A stretch of 64,000 nucleotides of DNA from a bacterium (lineage in GTDB: Bacteria > UBA8248): contig OZ242260.1 of the NCBI GenBank assembly GCA_965207065.1, positions 2,848,001-2,912,000 on the forward strand, in the 5' to 3' direction. This document shows positions 37,161 to 47,630 of the stretch, piece by piece; position 1 is the first letter of the stretch; every line of letters begins with the position of its first letter. The position numbers were made by a program, and so were the translations under genes. The notes under the pieces were generated by a model. It worked only from the letters and a program-made list of their open reading frames with translations, did no database searches and had not been told where the DNA came from.

Positions 37161-38354
37161 ATGAAAATGGCTCGCATCTTCATTACAATCGCATTTTTGG
37201 TGACGACGGCGTTCTTCGCCAGCCCGGTACTGGCTGCGAACGAAATCCACTTCGGCGGAGCCATCTCCCAGACGGGCCGCTATGCGGAGCCTGCCGGCAG
37301 GTTCGTCAACGCCTACAAGCTGTACATCGATCAGGTAAACGCCAAGGGCGGTCTGCTGGGTAAGAAGATTAAAGTCACTCTCCTGGACGACAAATCGGAC
37401 AAGCAGACCAGCATCAAGCTCTACGAGAAGCTCATCACGCAGGATAAGGTCGCCATCACGCTCGGCCCCTACTCGAGCGGCATCACCGACGCGGTGGCCA
37501 ACGTGCTGGAACGGTACAAGTACCCCACGCTGGCGCCGGGCGCCTCCTCGGGCATCATCTGGAAAAAAGGCAGAAAATATCTTTTCAACCAGAACGCCAT
37601 CGCCCAGAACTATCAAAGGGGCGCCGTTTTCATGGCGAAAGATATCGGCGTGAAGCGAATCGCCATCGTCGGCGAGGACAGCCTCTTCCCGCGCCAGTCG
37701 GCCGAGGGCGCCGTGGAGTGGGCGAAGAAACTCGGCATCGAGGTCGTGCTGAACGAGAACTATACGCGCAAGCAGACCGACTTCACCGCATTGTTGCAGA
37801 AAATCAAGGCGCGCCGCGCTGAGGCGCTCATCTCGAACAGCTATTTCGCGGATTCCGTGGCCCAGATTCGCCAGCTTCGGGAACTGAACATCAACCTCAA
37901 GATTTTCGCCGGAACCGTCGGCCCGGGTCTGCCCAAGTTCGCCAAACAGCTTGGCCCCACGGCCGAGTACGTTCTGGGCTTCAGCCAGTGGGAGCCTCGC
38001 CCCGAGATCCTGAAGTTCCCGGGCATGAAGCATTTCATCGACTCCTATGTGAAGCGTCACGGCGTCAAGCCGAACTACCACGCCGGAATCGCCTGGGTAT
38101 CGATGCAGGTTATGAGTCAGGCGATAAAAAAGGCGGGCTCTTTCGATCGCCAGAAGGTCTGGGGTACGTTGCGCACATCACAGTTCCAGACCATCATGGG
38201 GAAATGGAAGGTGGATAAGAACAACCTCAACGATCATGATGGAGTGACCTTCCAGATTCTCGACGGCCAGCGCAAGATCGTCTGGCCGAAGAGTATCGCG
38301 GAAGTCCCCTACAAACTGCCGATGCCGAAATGGAACGAGAGGTCCAAGAACTAG
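37161..38354 (+). CDS. Branched-chain amino acid-type ABC transporter substrate-binding protein, paralogue 1
   Basis: Signal peptide, SQTGRYA, VNAKGGLLG, DDKSD, GPYSSG, DFTALL. Confidence 0.9.
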   Translation: MKMARIFITIAFLVTTAFFASPVLAANEIHFGGAISQTGRYAEPAGRFVNAYKLYIDQVNAKGGLLGKKIKVTLLDDKSDKQTSIKLYEKLITQDKVAITLGPYSSGITDAVANVLERYKYPTLAPGASSGIIWKKGRKYLFNQNAIAQNYQRGAVFMAKDIGVKRIAIVGEDSLFPRQSAEGAVEWAKKLGIEVVLNENYTRKQTDFTALLQKIKARRAEALISNSYFADSVAQIRQLRELNINLKIFAGTVGPGLPKFAKQLGPTAEYVLGFSQWEPRPEILKFPGMKHFIDSYVKRHGVKPNYHAGIAWVSMQVMSQAIKKAGSFDRQKVWGTLRTSQFQTIMGKWKVDKNNLNDHDGVTFQILDGQRKIVWPKSIAEVPYKLPMPKWNERSKN

Positions 38355-38448
38355 GCAGGCGGCGTGTATGGCGAAGGTTGTTTAACCTTGGCGCGCCGAT
38401 TTGTAATGGCGGCGCAACCTTTGAATATCCATAAGAGGAGGATCGGAG

Positions 38449-39645
38449 ATGAAGAAAAGCCTTATTTTGTTTTTCGGCTTTGCTCTCGCCCTCACGGCCG
38501 CTCCCTTTGTGGAGAAAGGCTTCGCGGCGGACAAGGTAACCTTGGGAATCGCCATTTCGCAGACGGGTCGCTACGCCGAGCCCGCCGGACGTATGGTGAA
38601 CTCCTACAATCTGTATGTGGATCAGATGAACGCCAAGGGTGGTTGGATCGGCAAGAAAATCGATATGGTCATCCTGGACGACAAATCTGACAAGCAGACC
38701 AGCATCAAGCTCTACGAGAAGCTCATCACGCAGGACAAGGTGAACCTGACCATGGGCCCCTACTCCAGCGGCATCACCGACGCCGTGGCCAACGTGCTGG
38801 AAAGGTACAAGTACCCCACGATGGCGCCGGGCGCCGCCTCAGGCATCATCTGGAAGAAAGGCCGCAAGTATCTCTTCGACATCATCGCCGTCGCCCAGGA
38901 CTACCAGAAGGGCGCGCTCCACATCGCCAAGGACATCGGCGTGAAAAAAATCGCCATCGTCGGCGAGGACAGCCTCTTCCCGCGCCAGTCGGCCGAGGGC
39001 GCCGTGGAGTGGGCGAAGAAACTGGGCCTCGAAGTGGTGCTGAACGAGAACTATCCGCGCAAGCAGACCGACTTCACCGCGCTGCTCCAGAAAATCAAGG
39101 CGCGCCGCGCGGAAGCGCTCATCTCGAACAGCTACTTCGCGGACTCTGCGGCTCAGATTCGCCAGCTTCGCGAGCTAAACATCAACCTCAAGATTTTCGC
39201 CGGAACCGTCGGCCCGGGTCTGCCCAAGTTCGCCAAGCAGCTCGGCAACACGGCGGAATACGTTCTGGGATTCAGCCAGTGGGAGCCGAAGCCGGAAATT
39301 CTCAAACGGCCCGGCATGAGGGAGTTCATCGCGGCGTACGTGAAGCGCTACGGCGTGAAGCCGAACTACCACGCGGGTCAGTCCTATGCGTCCATGCAGG
39401 TTTTCGGCGAGGCGGTGAAACGAGCCGGCTCCTCGGATAGGGACAAGGTGTGGAAGCAGTTGCGCACCATGAGCACTACGACCATCATCGGTCCCTGGAA
39501 AGTGGATGACACCAACATGAACAATCACGAGGGCTTGACCTTCCAGATATTGAATGGCGAACGCAAGATCGTGTGGCCCAAGAAGATATCGGAAGTCAAC
39601 TATAAGCTGCCGATGCCGAAATGGAAGGACAGGGCCAAGAACTAA
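38449..39645 (+). CDS. Branched-chain amino acid-type ABC transporter substrate-binding protein, paralogue 2
   Basis: Same motifs; RBS GAGGAG. Confidence 0.9.
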   Translation: MKKSLILFFGFALALTAAPFVEKGFAADKVTLGIAISQTGRYAEPAGRMVNSYNLYVDQMNAKGGWIGKKIDMVILDDKSDKQTSIKLYEKLITQDKVNLTMGPYSSGITDAVANVLERYKYPTMAPGAASGIIWKKGRKYLFDIIAVAQDYQKGALHIAKDIGVKKIAIVGEDSLFPRQSAEGAVEWAKKLGLEVVLNENYPRKQTDFTALLQKIKARRAEALISNSYFADSAAQIRQLRELNINLKIFAGTVGPGLPKFAKQLGNTAEYVLGFSQWEPKPEILKRPGMREFIAAYVKRYGVKPNYHAGQSYASMQVFGEAVKRAGSSDRDKVWKQLRTMSTTTIIGPWKVDDTNMNNHEGLTFQILNGERKIVWPKKISEVNYKLPMPKWKDRAKN

Positions 39646-39692
39646 GAAGGCAAAGGAGATAGGCAAAGGTCGTGATAGCGTAGCAAGTCGAC

Positions 39693-39731
39693 TCCCGCCC
39701 CGCGCGTGGTATTGCGTGGGGCGGGATTTTT
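39693..39731 (+). terminator. Rho-independent terminator after binding protein 2
   Basis: TCCCGCCCCGCGCG-loop-TGCGTGGGGCGGGA-TTTTT. Confidence 0.65.
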
Positions 39732-39784
39732 GCCGGTGCAATAAACATTTGAGGGTTGTTCATTAATTCTTTATAAAACACCCT

Positions 39785-39812
39785 TTGACATATGAAACAA
39801 TATGCGTATCAT
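39785..39812 (+). promoter_or_regulatory. Putative sigma70 promoter for binding protein 3 and the liv permease/ATPase genes
   Basis: TTGACA, 16 nt, TATCAT in an AT-rich intergenic region. Confidence 0.55.
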
Positions 39813-39984
39813 ATCGCACCTATTAAAGGCAAAAATGCGCATTCAGAACTTCGAGAAGTTGATTTTTTCACGAAGAAATAGTCTGAATTACTGCAATGTA
39901 GCCGTTCATTTATGAGTAGTAATTCAAACTTGTTTTTCTGTTGTAAGGCAGTATTATTTGTTTCCATCAAAGGAGTGTAAAGAA

Positions 39985-41181
39985 ATGAAGAAAAGCTTTT
40001 TATTGATTCTCGGCTTTGTTATCGCCCTCACGGCTGCTCCCTTCGTGGAGAAAAGCCACGCGATGGACAAGATCTCTCTGGGTATCGCCATTTCGCAGAC
40101 GGGTCGCTACGCCGAGCCTGCCGGACGTATGGTGAACTCCTACAAACTGTATGTGGATCAGACGAACGCCGGAAAAGGATGGAACGGCAAGAAAATCGAC
40201 TTCATCCTTCTGGACGACAAATCGGACAAGCAGACCAGCATCAAGCTTTACGAGAAGCTCATCACGCAGGACAAGGTGAACCTGACCATCGGCCCCTATT
40301 CCAGCGGCATCACCGACGCCGTGGCCAACGTGCTCGAAAGGTACAAGTACCCCACGATGGCGCCGGGCGCCTCCTCGGGCATCATCTGGAAAAAAGGCCG
40401 CAAGTATCTGTTCAACATCATCGCCATCGCCCAGGACTACCAGAAGGGCGCGATTCACATCGCCAGGGACATCGGCGTGAAAAAAATCGCCATCGTCGGC
40501 GAGGACAGCCTCTTCCCGCGCCAGTCGGCCGAGGGCGCCGTCGAGTGGGCGAAGAAGCTGGGCCTCGAAGTAGTGCTGAACGAGAACTATCCGCGCAAGC
40601 AGACCGACTTCACCGCGCTGCTGCAGAAGATCAAGTCGCGCCGCGCAGAGGCGCTCATCTCGAACAGCTACTTCGCGGACGCCGCTGCGCAGATTCGCCA
40701 GCTTCGCGAGCTCAACATCAACCTCAAGATTTTCGCCGGAACAGTCGGCCCGGGTCTGCCCAAGTTCGCCAAGCAGCTCGGCGACACGGCGGAATACGTT
40801 CTGGGCTTCAGCCAGTGGGAACCGAAGCCGGCCATTCTCAAAAGGCCCGGCATGAAGGAATTCATCGCGGCGTATAAAAAACGCTATGGCGTGAACCCGA
40901 ACTATCATGCGGGTCAGTCTTATGCGTCCCTGCAGATTTTCGGCGACGCGGTGGCGAAAGCCGGCTCCGCGGAGCGGGATAAAGTGTGGAAAGCGTTGCG
41001 CACCATGAAGACCACGACCGTCATCGGTCCCTGGAAGGTGGATGACACCAACCTGAACCAGCATGAAGGCTTGACCTTCCAGATCCTCAACGGCCAGCGC
41101 AAGATCGTGTGGCCCAAGAAGATCTCGGAAGTCCCCTACAAGCTGCCGATGCCGAAGTGGAAGGAAAGAGGCAAGAACTAG
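39985..41181 (+). CDS. Branched-chain amino acid-type ABC transporter substrate-binding protein, paralogue 3
   Basis: Same motifs; RBS AAGGAG. Confidence 0.9.
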   Translation: MKKSFLLILGFVIALTAAPFVEKSHAMDKISLGIAISQTGRYAEPAGRMVNSYKLYVDQTNAGKGWNGKKIDFILLDDKSDKQTSIKLYEKLITQDKVNLTIGPYSSGITDAVANVLERYKYPTMAPGASSGIIWKKGRKYLFNIIAIAQDYQKGAIHIARDIGVKKIAIVGEDSLFPRQSAEGAVEWAKKLGLEVVLNENYPRKQTDFTALLQKIKSRRAEALISNSYFADAAAQIRQLRELNINLKIFAGTVGPGLPKFAKQLGDTAEYVLGFSQWEPKPAILKRPGMKEFIAAYKKRYGVNPNYHAGQSYASLQIFGDAVAKAGSAERDKVWKALRTMKTTTVIGPWKVDDTNLNQHEGLTFQILNGQRKIVWPKKISEVPYKLPMPKWKERGKN

Positions 41182-41310
41182 GCGGGTTGCATGAAAGGCG
41201 AAAATGCCATAAACACTTGAACTTTCGCGCCGGGGCTGTTAAAAGCGGCTCCGGCGCGAAGGCGAAAGTATCCGGAGTTTTTGTGTAGCATTTCGAGGAC
41301 TTGATTTCTC

Positions 41311-42300
41311 ATGCAGGAAAAAGCGGAAATCCGTAGCAAATACTGGCTGGCGTTGTTTTTGGTTGCGGCGTACACCATACCGTTCGGCGTCGGTATTTAT
41401 ACGGACAACGTATTCTTCGATCTCCAGTGGCTGGCGGACCTGACCACCGTCATCCTGAACGGCATCATGCAGGGCGGCGTATACGCCATGTTCGCCGTGG
41501 GGCTCACGCTCATCTTCGGCGTCATGCGCATCATCAACGTGGCGCATGGCGAACTGGTGATGCTGGGCGCCTACCTGACCTGGATGTTCTTCTTCTACGT
41601 GGGAATCGACCCGCTTCTCGCCTTGTTCCTCACGCTTCCCATCGCTTTCGTCATCGGGGTCCTTATCCAGAAGCTGCTGTTGAACGCCGTGGTGGGCGGG
41701 CCGGAACTGACGCCCTTGCTGATAACCTTCGGTCTGGGCCTCACGATCATTCATATCGTGGAGGCCATATTCACCACGGATTACCGCACTATTCCATACG
41801 CTCCCGACGCTTTGCAGATCAGCGAGTCCATCAATATAGGCCGGAGCAAGATCATCAGCTTCGTGATGGCTTCTTTCATCTCCATCAGCGTTTTCTTCTT
41901 TCTGAAAATCCACCGCATCGGCAAGGCAATCCGCGCTACAGCGCAAAATGCGGACGTCGCGATGGTTTGCGGCATCAACATTTTTCATATCTACATGATC
42001 ACATCGGGTCTCGCCGCGGCGCTTGCGGTGGCGGGCGGGGCTTTGGTGTCGATTCAATTCGGCTTCAACCCGGAAACGGGCGTTTTGTATACGTTGCAGG
42101 CCTTCGCCATCATCGTGCTCGGAGGCAGGGGCCACTATATCGGTGCGCTCATTGGAGGAGTTATGCTCGCGGTCATCGAGAGCCTCATCTCCTTCATGAT
42201 CCCCAACGGCACCGCCATGGTGGAAATTGCGTCCTACGGAATGATGGTATTCGTGCTGCTTATCAGGCCTCGCGGCCTGATGGGGCCCAAAGAAAACTAG
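41311..42300 (+). CDS. livH: Branched-chain amino acid ABC transporter permease (LivH-like)
   Basis: GLTLIFGVMRIINVAHGE, GKAIRATAQN, IIVLGG, LIRPRGLMG. Confidence 0.85.
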   Translation: MQEKAEIRSKYWLALFLVAAYTIPFGVGIYTDNVFFDLQWLADLTTVILNGIMQGGVYAMFAVGLTLIFGVMRIINVAHGELVMLGAYLTWMFFFYVGIDPLLALFLTLPIAFVIGVLIQKLLLNAVVGGPELTPLLITFGLGLTIIHIVEAIFTTDYRTIPYAPDALQISESINIGRSKIISFVMASFISISVFFFLKIHRIGKAIRATAQNADVAMVCGINIFHIYMITSGLAAALAVAGGALVSIQFGFNPETGVLYTLQAFAIIVLGGRGHYIGALIGGVMLAVIESLISFMIPNGTAMVEIASYGMMVFVLLIRPRGLMGPKEN

Positions 42301-42312
42301 GAGAGATCTGAA

Positions 42313-43251
42313 ATGGGCCAAAATGAACACCTGCGCAACTTCGGGATGCTGGCCGTCCTCATAATCATCCTGTGCGTGTTGCCCTCGAATATCAATCTGT
42401 ATCAGCGCTCCGTTATACTCTTCACGATGATGTACGTCATTCTCTCCCTGAGTTGGAACATCATCAGCGGCTATACGGGCTACGTGTCGTTCGGCCATGT
42501 GATGTTCTACGGCATCGGCGCATACGCCACGGGTATTCTGGTGGTGGATTACGGCTGGCACTGGATAGCGACCCTGGGCGTGGGCGTGTTCGTCTCCTTC
42601 GTAGTTTCTCTATGTATCGGGTTTCCGGTTTTGCGCCTCAAAGGTCCTTATTTCGCCATCGCCATGCTAGGCGCGGCGGAGGGTACGCGCGTGGTGGCCA
42701 CAGTGTGGGAGAGCTTGACGCACGGTGGTGAAGGAATCGGTCTGCCCAACGTGGAAAACTCCTTTGAAACCTATTTCGCCATGCTGGTGGTCATGCTGGC
42801 CACTATTATCGTGTCCTATTGGGTAGGGCATTCAAGGTTCGGGATCCGCCTGAACGCCATTCGTGAGGACGAGATCGCCGCGGAAAGCCTGGGTATCAAC
42901 ACCACGTTCTACAAGCTTTCCGCCTTCGCGCTTTCCGCCATATTCCCGGCGGCGGCCGGCGGCATCCAGGCATACAAGATTCTCTATATCGATCCTGAAA
43001 CCGAATTCTTCATTCTCGTCACCATCTACATGAAGCTCTTCGCCATGTTCGGCGGAAAAGGAACAGTGATTGGCCCCATCTTGGGCACATTCATTTTGTA
43101 TATCGTTCAGGAAATTACCTGGGTGAAGTTCCCGACGGCCCACCTCATCGCCTTCGGCGTCTTTATCGTCCTCGTGGCCCGGTTCATGCCGCGCGGATTG
43201 ATGGGATACGCCATCGACAAGGGTTGGGCGCGCAAGGGAATGGTTCACTAA
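42313..43251 (+). CDS. livM: Branched-chain amino acid ABC transporter permease (LivM-like)
   Basis: SWNIISGYTGYVSFGH, LRLKGPYFAI, AIREDEIAAESLG, GGKGTVIGP. Confidence 0.85.
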   Translation: MGQNEHLRNFGMLAVLIIILCVLPSNINLYQRSVILFTMMYVILSLSWNIISGYTGYVSFGHVMFYGIGAYATGILVVDYGWHWIATLGVGVFVSFVVSLCIGFPVLRLKGPYFAIAMLGAAEGTRVVATVWESLTHGGEGIGLPNVENSFETYFAMLVVMLATIIVSYWVGHSRFGIRLNAIREDEIAAESLGINTTFYKLSAFALSAIFPAAAGGIQAYKILYIDPETEFFILVTIYMKLFAMFGGKGTVIGPILGTFILYIVQEITWVKFPTAHLIAFGVFIVLVARFMPRGLMGYAIDKGWARKGMVH

Positions 43252-43272
43252 GAAACGGAGCAGCGCAAGAAA

Positions 43273-43998
43273 ATGGCTGATGCGGAAATCGCCCTCGACA
43301 TTCAGAACCTGAAGAAGTATTTCGGGGGCATCAAGGCGGTGGACGGGTGCACGTTTCAGGTGCCCAAAGGCCAGATATCGGGCCTGATCGGACCGAACGG
43401 CTCCGGCAAGACCACCACGTTCAACCTGCTCACGGGCGTTCTCGCGGCGGACAGCGGCGAGGTGCTCTATAACGGAGAGAACATCGTCGGCTTGAGGCCA
43501 TATGAAATTTTCAACAGGGGCATCAGCCGCACGTTCCAGATTACGCGCATCTACCGGGAAATGACGGTGTTCGAGAACATGCTTTCCGCATCGAGCATGA
43601 AAATGCCTTTGCGCGAGGCGCGCGCCCGGGCGGAGCAGTTGATGGAGTTCGTCACGCTCACGAAGCTTCGCGGCGAGTATGGCGGAAATCTCTCGTACGG
43701 ACAGCAGAAACTTCTTGAATTCGCCCGCGCCCTGATGACAGACCCAGACCTCATCCTCCTCGATGAGCCGGCGGCCGGCGTCAACAGAACCCTGCTCAAC
43801 AACCTGCTCGACCACATTCACCACCTTCAGGAAGAGCAGGGGAAAACGGTGCTCATCGTCGAGCACGACATGAACGTCATCATGAATCACTGCGAAAAGG
43901 TGTTCGTGCTGGACTACGGCGTGAAAATCGCCGAGGGTCTGCCAGAGGACATTCAGACGAACGAAGAAGTCATCGAAGCATATTTTGGACACAAATAA
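43273..43998 (+). CDS. livG: ABC transporter ATP-binding protein (LivG-like)
   Basis: GPNGSGKTT Walker [25 protein letters not shown]. Confidence 0.88.
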   Translation: MADAEIALDIQNLKKYFGGIKAVDGCTFQVPKGQISGLIGPNGSGKTTTFNLLTGVLAADSGEVLYNGENIVGLRPYEIFNRGISRTFQITRIYREMTVFENMLSASSMKMPLREARARAEQLMEFVTLTKLRGEYGGNLSYGQQKLLEFARALMTDPDLILLDEPAAGVNRTLLNNLLDHIHHLQEEQGKTVLIVEHDMNVIMNHCEKVFVLDYGVKIAEGLPEDIQTNEEVIEAYFGHK

Positions 43999-44712
43999 AT
44001 GGCGCTATTAGACCTCAAGGATGTCAACGCGGCGTATGGCCGAATCCAGATACTCCACGACGTGTCGCTCCACGTGAACGAAAAAGAGGTGGTGGCCGTC
44101 ATCGGGCCGAACGGCGCGGGAAAATCCACGACTTTCAAAATCATCATGGGCTTCATCAACTATCTCGGCGGCGAGATCGAGTTCGATAGTCAGAACATCG
44201 TGGGCTTCCGCCCGGATCAGATTCTGGGCCGGGGGCTGGGCTACGTACCGCAGGGCCGCATCGTCTTCAACCAGATGACGGTCAAGGAAAACCTGGAGAT
44301 GGGCGCTTACATCGAGCGCGATCAGAAGAAAATCGACGAGTCGATGGATTACGTCTTCACGCTCTTCCCGCGTCTCGGCGAGCGGCAGAAGCAGTTGGGA
44401 GGCACGATGAGCGGCGGCGAGCAGCAGATGCTGGCCATGGGACGCGCCCTGATGACGAGGCCCAAGATGATCATGCTCGACGAGCCGTCCCTGGGCTTGA
44501 GTCCCCGCTTCGTGACCGAAGTGTTCGAGAAAATCGTGAGCCTCGCCAAGGAAGGCCTGACCATCATGCTGGTCGAGCAGAACGCCGCTCGCGCCCTGGA
44601 AATTTCGGACCGGGGCTACGTGCTCGAACTCGGCAGGAACCGCTATCAGGGCGGCGGCCACGAACTCCTGAACAACCAGGAAGTCAAGATGATGTATCTG
44701 GGCGGCGGCTAA
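43999..44712 (+). CDS. livF: ABC transporter ATP-binding protein (LivF-like)
   Basis: GPNGAGKST, VPQGRIVF, MSGGEQQMLA, LDEPSLGL, VEQN. Confidence 0.9.
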   Translation: MALLDLKDVNAAYGRIQILHDVSLHVNEKEVVAVIGPNGAGKSTTFKIIMGFINYLGGEIEFDSQNIVGFRPDQILGRGLGYVPQGRIVFNQMTVKENLEMGAYIERDQKKIDESMDYVFTLFPRLGERQKQLGGTMSGGEQQMLAMGRALMTRPKMIMLDEPSLGLSPRFVTEVFEKIVSLAKEGLTIMLVEQNAARALEISDRGYVLELGRNRYQGGGHELLNNQEVKMMYLGGG

Positions 44713-44892
44713 CGGGCCACCCCTTCCTTTCCCGTAAAATTTGCATCCCCCTAAGTTCTGAGAGCCTCGCGTCCTCTACCTGATGCAGTTTTCTCGCCTT
44801 ATTCTCATGTCGCTTGGACTGCACCTTTACGCTAGGCTTGCGCTTCGACTCTATGCTATAAATGCTTGCTCTGCCCGGGAGGGTTTCGTGAC

Positions 44893-45543
44893 ATGATCCG
44901 CGTGAAGATTTGTGGAGTTACGACCGTCGAGGACGCGGAATTCGCCTTGGAAGCAGGCGCCGACGCACTGGGGCTGAATTTCGTTCCGGGCACTCCCCGG
45001 TGTCTGGAAGTGGCGCAGGCGAGGGAGATTGGAGATGCGCTCCCGCCTTTCGGGACGCGGGTCGGGGTTTTCGTGAACGAGCCACCCGAGCGTGTCATGG
45101 AAGTTGCGCGCCTCGTCGGTTTGGACGCAGCCCAGCTTCATGGCGATGAGTCGCCCGAAGATTGCCGCTGGCTCATCGAGCGGGGCTTGCGCGTCATTCG
45201 GGCTTTAAGGGTGAAAGGGCCGGAAACGATAGCGCAAATTGACGTTTTTCCCGATTGCGCGATTTTGCTGGACGCCTACGTGAAGGGCGCGCTCGGAGGC
45301 ACAGGCGAGACTTTCGATTGGGAATTGGCCCGGCAGGCTGCCGATGCGAGGCCCATCATCCTATCGGGTGGCCTTAAGCCCGAGAACGTGGGCGAAGCCG
45401 TGAGGAGTGTTCAGCCCTATGGCGTGGATTCGAGCAGCGGGGTAGAGGGCGCCGTTCTGGGCCGGAAGGACCCCGAGCGGGTCCTGGGTTTCATACAAAA
45501 CGCGCGCGCGGCGATATCGGAATTTGAGGAAATCAGAAGATGA
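44893..45543 (+). CDS. trpF: Phosphoribosylanthranilate isomerase
   Basis: [35 protein letters not shown]. Confidence 0.95.
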   Translation: MIRVKICGVTTVEDAEFALEAGADALGLNFVPGTPRCLEVAQAREIGDALPPFGTRVGVFVNEPPERVMEVARLVGLDAAQLHGDESPEDCRWLIERGLRVIRALRVKGPETIAQIDVFPDCAILLDAYVKGALGGTGETFDWELARQAADARPIILSGGLKPENVGEAVRSVQPYGVDSSSGVEGAVLGRKDPERVLGFIQNARAAISEFEEIRR

Positions 45544-46757
45544 GCGAATTGGTCTCCAGGGGAAGGTTCGGTCGGTTCGGGGGGCGCTATGTGCCTGAAA
45601 CCCTGATGCCCGCCCTTGATGAGTTGGAAGAAGCGTACGAGGAAGCCCGCAGCGACCCGGCGTATCATGAAGAACTTGCCTATTATCTGAGGGAATTCGT
45701 GGGCAGGCCCACGCCGCTCTATCTGGCGGAGCGCCTGTCCGATCATCTGGGCGTGCTGAGGGTCTACCTCAAACGTGAGGACCTCTGCCACACGGGCGCT
45801 CACAAGATAAACAACACGCTCGCCCAGGTCCTTCTGGCCAGGAGGCTGGGGAAAACGCGGATCATCGCGGAAACCGGAGCAGGCCAGCACGGGGTGGCGA
45901 CGGCGACGGCGGCGGCGCTCTTCGGCCTGGATTGCGACGTCTACATGGGCGAGGAGGACATCGGCAGGCAATCGCTCAACGTGTTCCGCATGCGTCTTCT
46001 GGGCGCGCGGGTGATTCCGGTCACCTCGGGCAGCAAGACCCTGAAGGACGCCACGAACGAGACGCTGCGTGACTGGACGGCTTCGGTGCGGACGACCCAC
46101 TACATCATCGGCTCGGTCGTGGGGCCGCACCCGTTCCCGGAAATGATACGCGATTGTCAGTCCGTCATCGGACGCGAGGCGCGTGAGCAGATTCTCGAGG
46201 CAGAAGGCCGGCTTCCCGACGCCTGCGTGGCCTGCGTGGGAGGCGGCAGCAATTCCATCGGCCTGTTCCATCCCTTCGTGGATGACGAAGACGTCGAACT
46301 CATCGGCGTGGAAGCCGGGGGCCGGGGTCTGGACACCGAGGAGCACGGCGCCTCCCTGACCGCCGGCCGCGTGGGTGTTCTGCACGGCTGCGAGACGTTC
46401 CTGCTGTATGACGATGACGGACAGATCATCCCGGCCCATTCGGTGTCCGCGGGCCTTGATTATCCCGGCGTGGGTCCCGAACACTCCCATTTGAAGGATA
46501 CCGGCCGCGCGCGCTATGTGACGGTCGAAGACCACGACGCGCTCAAGGCGTTCCAGCAGCTCTCCGTGCTGGAGGGCATCATCCCCGCCTTCGAAAGCGC
46601 CCACGCGATTTCCTATCTGGACCGCCTGGCCCAGGAGACGAGAGAGGCGGGCGAGATGAAGACCGTGGTGCTGTGCCTCTCGGGCCGGGGGGACAAGGAC
46701 GTTCATCAGGCGGAAGGGCTATTGACGGAAATGCTCGATGACGAGGACGTGCGCTGA
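45540..46757 (+). CDS. trpB: Tryptophan synthase beta chain
   Basis: [45 protein letters not shown]. Confidence 0.98.
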   Translation: MSELVSRGRFGRFGGRYVPETLMPALDELEEAYEEARSDPAYHEELAYYLREFVGRPTPLYLAERLSDHLGVLRVYLKREDLCHTGAHKINNTLAQVLLARRLGKTRIIAETGAGQHGVATATAAALFGLDCDVYMGEEDIGRQSLNVFRMRLLGARVIPVTSGSKTLKDATNETLRDWTASVRTTHYIIGSVVGPHPFPEMIRDCQSVIGREAREQILEAEGRLPDACVACVGGGSNSIGLFHPFVDDEDVELIGVEAGGRGLDTEEHGASLTAGRVGVLHGCETFLLYDDDGQIIPAHSVSAGLDYPGVGPEHSHLKDTGRARYVTVEDHDALKAFQQLSVLEGIIPAFESAHAISYLDRLAQETREAGEMKTVVLCLSGRGDKDVHQAEGLLTEMLDDEDVR

Positions 46758-47575
46758 TGGGCGGCAGACTGGAAGCGTGTTTCAACCGTTTGCGCGCAGA
46801 GGGCCGGGCCGGTCTGTTCCCGTTCGTTACAGCGGGCGACCCTGACCTTGGCTTCACCCGTGAACTCCTGCCCCTCATGACCGAGGCGGGAGCGGACGGC
46901 TTCGAGATAGGGGTTCCCTTCAGCGATCCCCTGGCGGACGGCCCCACCATTCAGCGTTCGAGCATGCGTTCGCTTGCGGGCGGCACCCGCCTGAACGGCG
47001 TTCTGGAGATGGTCGGAGAGGTTCGCGCGGACATACCGGATACGCCGCTGGTGCTGATGACGTATTACAACCCCATCATCGCCATGGGCCTGGCGGAGTT
47101 CGTGCGCGGCGCATCGCAGGTGGGGGCCGACGCCGTCATCGTGCCCGACCTGCCGCCCGAAGAAGCGAGCGCTATTGTCGAGATCATGAACGATTATCCG
47201 CTCGTGCCCGTCTTCATGCTCGCGCCGACGAGCACCCAGGAGCGTATCGAGCTGGTGAACGAAGTGGGCGGCGGTTTTATCTACTACGTCGGTCAGATGG
47301 GTGTCACCGGCGCGCGCGACGCCCTGGATTCGGATTTGGGCGCCACCCTGACGAGGATCAACCGGGTGAAGAACCGGCCCGTTCTCGTGGGGTTCGGCAT
47401 CAAGACGCCCGAGCAGGCCGCAGAGGTGGCCGGGCATGCCGATGGCGTCATCGTGGGCAGCGCGCTGATAGACGTCATGGAGGCGGAAGCGTCGCGTGAG
47501 GACAAGATGCGGGCGGCTTGCGATTACATCGCCTCTTTGCGGGAAGGTCTCGACCGTTCAAAAACGGTTTCTTGA
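46757..47575 (+). CDS. trpA: Tryptophan synthase alpha chain
   Basis: EIGVPFSDPLADGPTIQ, MTYYNP, PDLP, GVTG, VGFGI, VIVGS. Confidence 0.97.
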   Translation: MGGRLEACFNRLRAEGRAGLFPFVTAGDPDLGFTRELLPLMTEAGADGFEIGVPFSDPLADGPTIQRSSMRSLAGGTRLNGVLEMVGEVRADIPDTPLVLMTYYNPIIAMGLAEFVRGASQVGADAVIVPDLPPEEASAIVEIMNDYPLVPVFMLAPTSTQERIELVNEVGGGFIYYVGQMGVTGARDALDSDLGATLTRINRVKNRPVLVGFGIKTPEQAAEVAGHADGVIVGSALIDVMEAEASREDKMRAACDYIASLREGLDRSKTVS

Positions 47576-47630
47576 CAACCAATTTCAACATGATGCGTAA
47601 GAATCTGTAGATCATTTCGAGGGTAATGCC

